A program made the translations under genes and the position numbers. DNA of 64,000 nt from Candidatus Sulfobium sp. (GTDB taxonomy: Bacteria > Nitrospirota > Thermodesulfovibrionia > Thermodesulfovibrionales > UBA6898), in the NCBI GenBank assembly GCA_037380845.1, contig JARRRI010000013.1, forward strand, positions 1 through 64,000, written 5' to 3'. Positions 58,523-64,000 of this stretch are shown here, one piece after another (positions within the stretch are counted from its first letter, which is position 1; every line of letters starts with the position of its first letter). A model generated the notes under the pieces. The model was not told the origin of the DNA and did not search any database. It saw only the letters and a program-made list of their open reading frames with translations.

Positions 58523-59734
58523 CTAATGGATCAGGGTGATGAGCCTGAAGATCGGAAGATACATCGCCACAACTATGAATCCTACGGAGCCCCCCAGAAA
58601 GACCATCAGCATCGGCTCCATCATAGATGTGAGGTTTGCAACCGCGTTGTCCACCTCATCGTCGTAAAAATCCGCAATCTTGCCGAGCATGGTATCCAGG
58701 GCGCCCGTTGATTCGCCCACGGCTATCATGTGCGTCACCATCGGCGGGAAGACCTTGGTCTTCATCAGGGGTTCCGCCAGGGTCTTGCCTTCCGAGACGG
58801 CCGACCGGACGTCCATGACAGAGTATTCCACCACCTTGTTGCCCGCGGTCTTTGCAGTGATTTCGAGACCATCAAGTATCGGCACTCCGCTGCCTATCAG
58901 GGTGCTCAGGGTACGGGTAAACTTTGCTATGGCCACCTTCCTGAGAAGAACGCCGAAAATTGGAAGCTTGAGGAAAATACCGTCGGTAATCGCCCTCCCG
59001 CGTTCCGTTTTTCTGACCTGTGCCAGCCCCACGAAGAACCCGACAATGCATATAAGCAGGATAAGGCCTCCCATGCCGGCGAGAAAATCACTCATCTTCA
59101 TGACTATTTGTGTCGGCAGCGGAAGGACCCCTCCCATGCTGGTGAACATTTTTGCAAACGTCGGTACAACGAATATCATTATGATCGCAATGACCAGCAC
59201 GGCGACGACCGTAACCACGATCGGGTAAACCATGGCCCCTTTCACTTTTTTCTTCAGCTTCATCGCCTTCTCGATGTAAGTCGCAAGCCTGTTCAATATG
59301 GTGTCGAGTATGCCTCCCGATTCTCCGGCGGCCACCATATTTGCGTATAGTTCGGTGAAGGCCTTCGGATGCTTTCTCAAAGCATCGGCATATGTCGAGC
59401 CCGATTCCACGTCAGACTTGATCGAAGCCAGAGTCTTCTGCAGGAACTTGTTTTCCACCTGGGTGGACAATATCTCCAGGGCCTGGACCAGCGGCAACCC
59501 TGCATCGATCATGGTTGCGAATTGTCTCGTGAAAATGACGATGTCCTTGTCCTTGACCCCGCCCCCGATGCTCATGTCAAAGAAGGACTTCTTTTCCTTT
59601 GCCTTCACAAGGGTGGCGTTGATATTGCGCCTCCTCAGCTGTGAAATGACCTCTTCTCTTGAGCCAGCGGTTATCTCGCCCGACTCGATATTCCCCCTGG
59701 CTGTCTTACCGGACCATTCAAAGACAGTTGCCAT
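58523..59734 (-). CDS. pilC: Type IV pilus platform protein
   Basis: FTRQFATMIDAGLPL, AGESGG, VGESTGALD and AMYLPIF. Confidence 0.95.
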   Translation of the reverse strand: MATVFEWSGKTARGNIESGEITAGSREEVISQLRRRNINATLVKAKEKKSFFDMSIGGGVKDKDIVIFTRQFATMIDAGLPLVQALEILSTQVENKFLQKTLASIKSDVESGSTYADALRKHPKAFTELYANMVAAGESGGILDTILNRLATYIEKAMKLKKKVKGAMVYPIVVTVVAVLVIAIIMIFVVPTFAKMFTSMGGVLPLPTQIVMKMSDFLAGMGGLILLICIVGFFVGLAQVRKTERGRAITDGIFLKLPIFGVLLRKVAIAKFTRTLSTLIGSGVPILDGLEITAKTAGNKVVEYSVMDVRSAVSEGKTLAEPLMKTKVFPPMVTHMIAVGESTGALDTMLGKIADFYDDEVDNAVANLTSMMEPMLMVFLGGSVGFIVVAMYLPIFRLITLIH

Positions 59735-59742
59735 TATGTCCT

Positions 59743-60834
59743 TCACCTCCCGCGGCCAGGGGTTGAGCTTGTCAACCTCTGGAGCATTACGATTATTTCA
59801 TCAGGAACGGCCGACCTGGCGACCGCGTCTTCATAGGACAGTAAGCCCTTTAAATAAAGTTCCACCAGGGACTGGTTCATGGTCTGCATCCCGAACTTGG
59901 CCTGACCTGTCTGCATCATGGAGTAGATCTGATGTATCTTGTCTTCCCTTATGAGGTTTCTGATTGCAGGGGTCGGGACGAGCAGTTCCGAGGCCAGAAC
60001 ACGTCCCTTACCGTTTTTTCTGGGTATCAGCTGTTGAGCTAAGATCCCCTCCAGGACGAACGACAGCTGGACCCTGATCTGTTCCTGCTGGTGGGGAGGA
60101 AACACATCTATGATCCTGTTTATCGTCTGGACGGCTGAATTAGTATGCAGTGTCGCCAGAGTGAGGTGGCCGGTTTCCGCGACCGTGAGGGCGGACTCGA
60201 TCGTCTCCAGGTCCCTCAATTCTCCGATCAGCACCACGTCCGGGTCCTGCCTCAGCACATACCTCAGGGCAGTTTTGAAAGAAGCCGTGTCGGACGTTAC
60301 CTCTCTCTGGTTGATGAGACATTTCTTGTGGCCGTGCAGGTATTCTATCGGGTCCTCCACGGTGATTATGTGTTCGTACCTCTCGGCGTTTATCTTGTCG
60401 ATCATCGCGGCCAGTGTCGTCGATTTGCCGCTGCCGGTGGCGCCGGTGACGAGGATCAGCCCCCTGGGTTTTTTCACGATTTCGCCGATTATTTCAGGCA
60501 GCCCCAGTTCGTGAAAGGTCCTGATTTCGAACGGGATTGTCCTGAACGCGGCCGCTACCGCCCCCCTCTGCATGAAAACATTTCCCCTGAACCTGCTGAG
60601 ACCCTTCACCCCGAAAGAAAAATCGAGTTCATTGTTCTCTTCGAAACGGTGCTTCTGGCTGTCCGTCAGTATGCTGTAGCACAGCGACTTTGTCTCGGCA
60701 GGAGTCAGGTTCGGGTAATCCAGGGGGACAAGTTTTCCGTCCACTCTCAGCCTGGGAGGACTGCCGGTAGTGACGTGGAGGTCGGAGGCCCCTTTTTCTA
60801 TCATGATTTTCAGTAAATCGTATATGCTTGCCAT
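59743..60834 (-). CDS. pilT: Type IV pilus retraction ATPase
   Basis: GATGSGKSTT, RQDPD, AIRNLIRE and GMQTM. Confidence 0.97.
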   Translation of the reverse strand: MASIYDLLKIMIEKGASDLHVTTGSPPRLRVDGKLVPLDYPNLTPAETKSLCYSILTDSQKHRFEENNELDFSFGVKGLSRFRGNVFMQRGAVAAAFRTIPFEIRTFHELGLPEIIGEIVKKPRGLILVTGATGSGKSTTLAAMIDKINAERYEHIITVEDPIEYLHGHKKCLINQREVTSDTASFKTALRYVLRQDPDVVLIGELRDLETIESALTVAETGHLTLATLHTNSAVQTINRIIDVFPPHQQEQIRVQLSFVLEGILAQQLIPRKNGKGRVLASELLVPTPAIRNLIREDKIHQIYSMMQTGQAKFGMQTMNQSLVELYLKGLLSYEDAVARSAVPDEIIVMLQRLTSSTPGRGR

Positions 60835-60845
60835 CAGTTTCTCCT

Positions 60846-62669
60846 TCAGTCGCTGAAAGTCACCCGCATGATCTCTTCCATCGTTGTTATTCCTTCTGCC
60901 ACCTTCGTAAGCCCGCTCATCCGCAGCGTCTTCATCCCGAGGCGGATGGCCGCCTTCTTTATCTCGGCGGTGGACGCTCCCTCAAGCACCAGTTCTCTTA
61001 ATTCATCCTTTATCGGCATCACCTCATACAGCGCTATCCTTCCCCGGTACCCGGTCCCGTTACAGGACGGACAGCCCCTGCCCTTCAGACATTTTACTGT
61101 CCGGGCCTCTTCCTCGGAAAAACCGATCTTAAGCAGGGCCGGAACGGGAACCTTCTCCTCCTCCTTGCACTTCTCACATATCCGGCGGGCAAGCCGCTGG
61201 GCCAGGATGAGAATGACAGACGACGAGACAAGAAAAGGCTCAATCCCCATGTTGAGCAGCCTGCTTATGGTGCCCGGCGCATCGTTCGTATGCAGGGTGC
61301 TCAGGACGAGATGGCCGGTCAGAGCTGCCTTGATGCCTATTTCCGCCGTCTCGAAATCACGAATTTCCCCGACCATTATAATGTCGGGGTCTTGCCTGAG
61401 AAAGGATCGCAGGGATGCGGCGAAGGAAAGGCCGATTTCCTCCCTTACCTGCACCTGGTTGATCCCCATGAAGTTGAATTCCACCGGATCCTCGGCCGTC
61501 ATGATGTTGGTGTCCGGCTTGTTGAGGTAGTGGAGCGCAGAGTACAGGGTTGTCGTCTTGCCGCTTCCGGTCGGACCCGTGACGAGCAGCATGCCGTATG
61601 GCTTCGTAATGGCCTCCATGAAATCATCCAGCGCGCTTTGCTCGAACCCCAGCTTTGTCAGGTCTACCTCAAGGTTGGCCTTGTCGAGTATTCTCAGAAC
61701 GGTCTTCTCCCCGAACAGGCAGGGAAGGACCGAAACCCGGAAGTCTATGTCCCTCTTCCTCCCCAGTTTGAGCTTTATCCTGCCGTCCTGGGGAAGCCTC
61801 CGCTCGGCGATATCAAGTTTCGACATTATCTTTATGCGGGATGTCAAAGCCGCTCTTATCTTGGTCGGAAGGTTCATAACGGTGTACAATACGCCGTCAA
61901 CCCTGTATCTCACCCTGAGGGAATTCTCATAGGGTTCTATGTGTATATCGCTGGCACCGCTCTTTATCGCGTTCACGAAGATGCCGTTGACCAGTTTCAC
62001 GATCGGAGCCTCGACTTCCTTTACTACCTCTGAGTCTTCCTTTTCTTCCAGCACATCGACGTTGTCAAGGGCGCTCCCCACGATCTTGTCGAATTCTTCA
62101 ACATTGACGCTGGGTCCTTCGTCGAAGGAGCCGTCGTCGAACTGGTTCTGCGAAAAATCATCGTCGCCCAAGGTGTAATCTTTCGCCTGGATCGATGCTG
62201 CGGGAGCCTCTTCTTTCGCGACGGGCGCCAGCCCGGCTTCACCGCCGCCCAGGTAATGGCGGCTTATGGCCCCGGCAATCCCGGACTCGCTGGCTACGAC
62301 AACCTCTACGTTGTAACCGGTCATGAATTTGATGTCATCGATGGCGAATACGTTTGACGGATCAGCCATGGCGACCGTGAGGGTGGCCCCCACCCGTGCT
62401 ACCGGCATGATCAGGTATTTTTTTGCCATATCCGTCGGGATAAGCTTGAGAACCGATTGATCTATATGGTATTCACCGAGGTCGATGGCAGGGACGCCGA
62501 ACTGCCTGCTCAGAAATGAGACAAGTTTGTCTTCCGTAACAAATCCGAGCCTGACAAGATTTGATCCGAGCCTCCCGCCTTCTTTTTTCTGAATATTTAA
62601 TGCCTGTTTCAGTTGCTCTTCTGAGATAATACTTGAGGCTGTCAGTAACTGACCTAGTTTCACTGCCAT
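60846..62669 (-). CDS. pilB: Type IV pilus assembly ATPase
   Basis: MshEN N-terminus, SDIHIEP, DIAERRLPQDG, GPTGSGKTTT and tetra-Cys motif. Confidence 0.96.
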   Translation of the reverse strand: MAVKLGQLLTASSIISEEQLKQALNIQKKEGGRLGSNLVRLGFVTEDKLVSFLSRQFGVPAIDLGEYHIDQSVLKLIPTDMAKKYLIMPVARVGATLTVAMADPSNVFAIDDIKFMTGYNVEVVVASESGIAGAISRHYLGGGEAGLAPVAKEEAPAASIQAKDYTLGDDDFSQNQFDDGSFDEGPSVNVEEFDKIVGSALDNVDVLEEKEDSEVVKEVEAPIVKLVNGIFVNAIKSGASDIHIEPYENSLRVRYRVDGVLYTVMNLPTKIRAALTSRIKIMSKLDIAERRLPQDGRIKLKLGRKRDIDFRVSVLPCLFGEKTVLRILDKANLEVDLTKLGFEQSALDDFMEAITKPYGMLLVTGPTGSGKTTTLYSALHYLNKPDTNIMTAEDPVEFNFMGINQVQVREEIGLSFAASLRSFLRQDPDIIMVGEIRDFETAEIGIKAALTGHLVLSTLHTNDAPGTISRLLNMGIEPFLVSSSVILILAQRLARRICEKCKEEEKVPVPALLKIGFSEEEARTVKCLKGRGCPSCNGTGYRGRIALYEVMPIKDELRELVLEGASTAEIKKAAIRLGMKTLRMSGLTKVAEGITTMEEIMRVTFSD

Positions 62670-62675
62670 ACGTCT

Positions 62676-62704
62676 AAAATATATGAAATGGTGGCTATTG
62701 TCAA
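62676..62704 (-). promoter_or_regulatory. Sigma70 promoter of pilB
   Basis: TTGACA-17 nt-TATTTT, ending 6 nt before the ATG. Confidence 0.6.
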
Positions 62705-62871
62705 TAAACGAACAGGCCCCCAAAAGGCCTTTTCACCAGACCGAATTGTTTCGTCATAGCTGGAAAAAAGGCTGGGACAACGGTGACTTACATGACAGTC
62801 CCGGGGGGCAGCCGGGCCTGTTCGACAGCCGTGTTTTCAAATATGGCGGCGGTATGTAAAATATAAAGACC

Positions 62872-63321
62872 ATGTTGCACACCGAAAAGAAGATGCCATC
62901 GACCACGGACCTGGAACGGGGCGAGAGGCTCCGGGAGGTCCTGGGGCTGCTCTACGAGGCAAACAAGAGGTTCCCCGTTATCGTGGAAGGCAAAAAAGAC
63001 GCACTTGCCCTTCGAAAGATCGGTCTGGCAGGCGATATTATCACCCTCCACAGGGGGAAGGGCCTTTATGACTTCTGTGAAGACATCATTGAGCAGTTTG
63101 CCAAGGTGATCGTTCTGACCGACTGGGACGGGGAAGGCGAGGTGCTTAACCGGTCTCTTTCGAGGCATCTGGCAGGCCACTGCGAAGAGTTTTCGGGGTT
63201 CAGGGGCATCCTGAAAATACTCTGCCAGAAGGACATAAAGGACGTGGAAGGGATACCGAAGCTGCTGATACGACTGGAGGGGACGCTGCGGCCTGTGGAC
63301 GAAGCGGGTACGGCCGAATGA
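62872..63321 (+). CDS. Stand-alone TOPRIM domain protein (RNase M5/UPF0292-like)
   Basis: VIVEGKKD and LTDWDGEGE; C-terminal KDVEG. Confidence 0.8.
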   Translation: MLHTEKKMPSTTDLERGERLREVLGLLYEANKRFPVIVEGKKDALALRKIGLAGDIITLHRGKGLYDFCEDIIEQFAKVIVLTDWDGEGEVLNRSLSRHLAGHCEEFSGFRGILKILCQKDIKDVEGIPKLLIRLEGTLRPVDEAGTAE

Positions 63322-63665
63322 ATGCGGTCGGCAGAGAAGGGGAGGAGATCGCTCTGGCGTTCTTCAGGGACAGGGGATATCGTATACTGGAGAAGAATTA
63401 TCGGACCGTTTTCGGGGAGATCGACATTATAGCCAGGGATCGGGATGTCCTTGTCTTCATAGAAGTGAAGGCGCGGACCGATGATGCATTCGGCTCACCT
63501 TTCGAGGCGGTGCACAAGAAGAAAAGAGAGAAGATCAGAAAAGTCGCGCTATGTTTCATGAAGAAGCTCAGGAAAGAGGTTCCTGCGAGGTTCGACGTTC
63601 TGAGCATAGAGAGGTCGCGGACCGGGCACAGTATCGAGCATATAAAGGATGCCTTCGAGGTCTAG
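63318..63665 (+). CDS. yraN: YraN/UPF0102 family putative endonuclease
   Basis: G..GE..A...GYRILEKNYR...GEIDIIA...LVFIEVKAR...RFDV. Confidence 0.93.
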   Translation: MNAVGREGEEIALAFFRDRGYRILEKNYRTVFGEIDIIARDRDVLVFIEVKARTDDAFGSPFEAVHKKKREKIRKVALCFMKKLRKEVPARFDVLSIERSRTGHSIEHIKDAFEV

Positions 63666-63716
63666 CCCGGCCTGCCGGGGATGTTCGCCTCCGGGATCTG
63701 CCGCCCGAAAATATTT

Positions 63717-63956
63717 TCAGGACTCTGGTTTTATTGAAGCCTTTTGTCTGACAGGTTCTTTTTCCGTTCTGCCTGAGTATTTAAGCATTTCGGTCGAAGA
63801 TCGATTTCCCAATGCCAGTTGAGGTTGCTGTCCTGATGCGTCCTTAGCCTGCGCAAATACGTGAGGAGTATTATGAGTTATCTGAGGACCTGCACAACCG
63901 AAGAAGCCAAAGCCAACCAGGAGAAAAACGCTCGATAGTTTAATTTTTATGAACAT
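63717..63956 (-). CDS. Small putative lipoprotein
   Basis: SD AAGGGGG; hydrophobic stretch ending FFGC. Confidence 0.45.
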   Translation of the reverse strand: MFIKIKLSSVFLLVGFGFFGCAGPQITHNTPHVFAQAKDASGQQPQLALGNRSSTEMLKYSGRTEKEPVRQKASIKPES

Positions 63957-64000
63957 GTTGCCCCCTTTTATCTTTGACTTGAATAATTATTCCCGTCTGT

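Overview
A 64-kb chromosomal window of a roughly 55% GC anaerobic Gram-negative bacterium. The pilB-pilT-pilC-pilS-pilR order, the DsrEFH/SQR genes and the HydABC-type formate dehydrogenase suggest Nitrospirota or Desulfobacterota; this is inference only. About 1-17 kb is a patchy accessory region of oxidoreductases, a c-di-GMP-I riboswitch, a NosL/beta-barrel fusion, pseudogenes, MITEs and low-GC singletons. About 17-42 kb carries an ABC transporter, gdh-pepN, a TPR protein, mnmG, a ThDP enzyme paired with a GT-A-like unknown, porin-amtB-glnK and AsmA. The most notable block is 42.5-54.6 kb: an ArsR-controlled operon (perfect 12-2-12 operator) encoding a DsrE with an in-frame UGA at the catalytic position (UxxC, probable selenocysteine), DsrF, DsrH, sulfide:quinone oxidoreductase and a CBS protein. 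It is followed by a three-subunit formate dehydrogenase that also has an in-frame Sec UGA, then tRNA-Pro and fdhD. The window ends with a type IV pilus operon whose pilR is broken by an internal deletion. No CRISPR array, rRNA or intact transposase or integrase was seen. All calls are by-eye motif recognition; no database searches were run.
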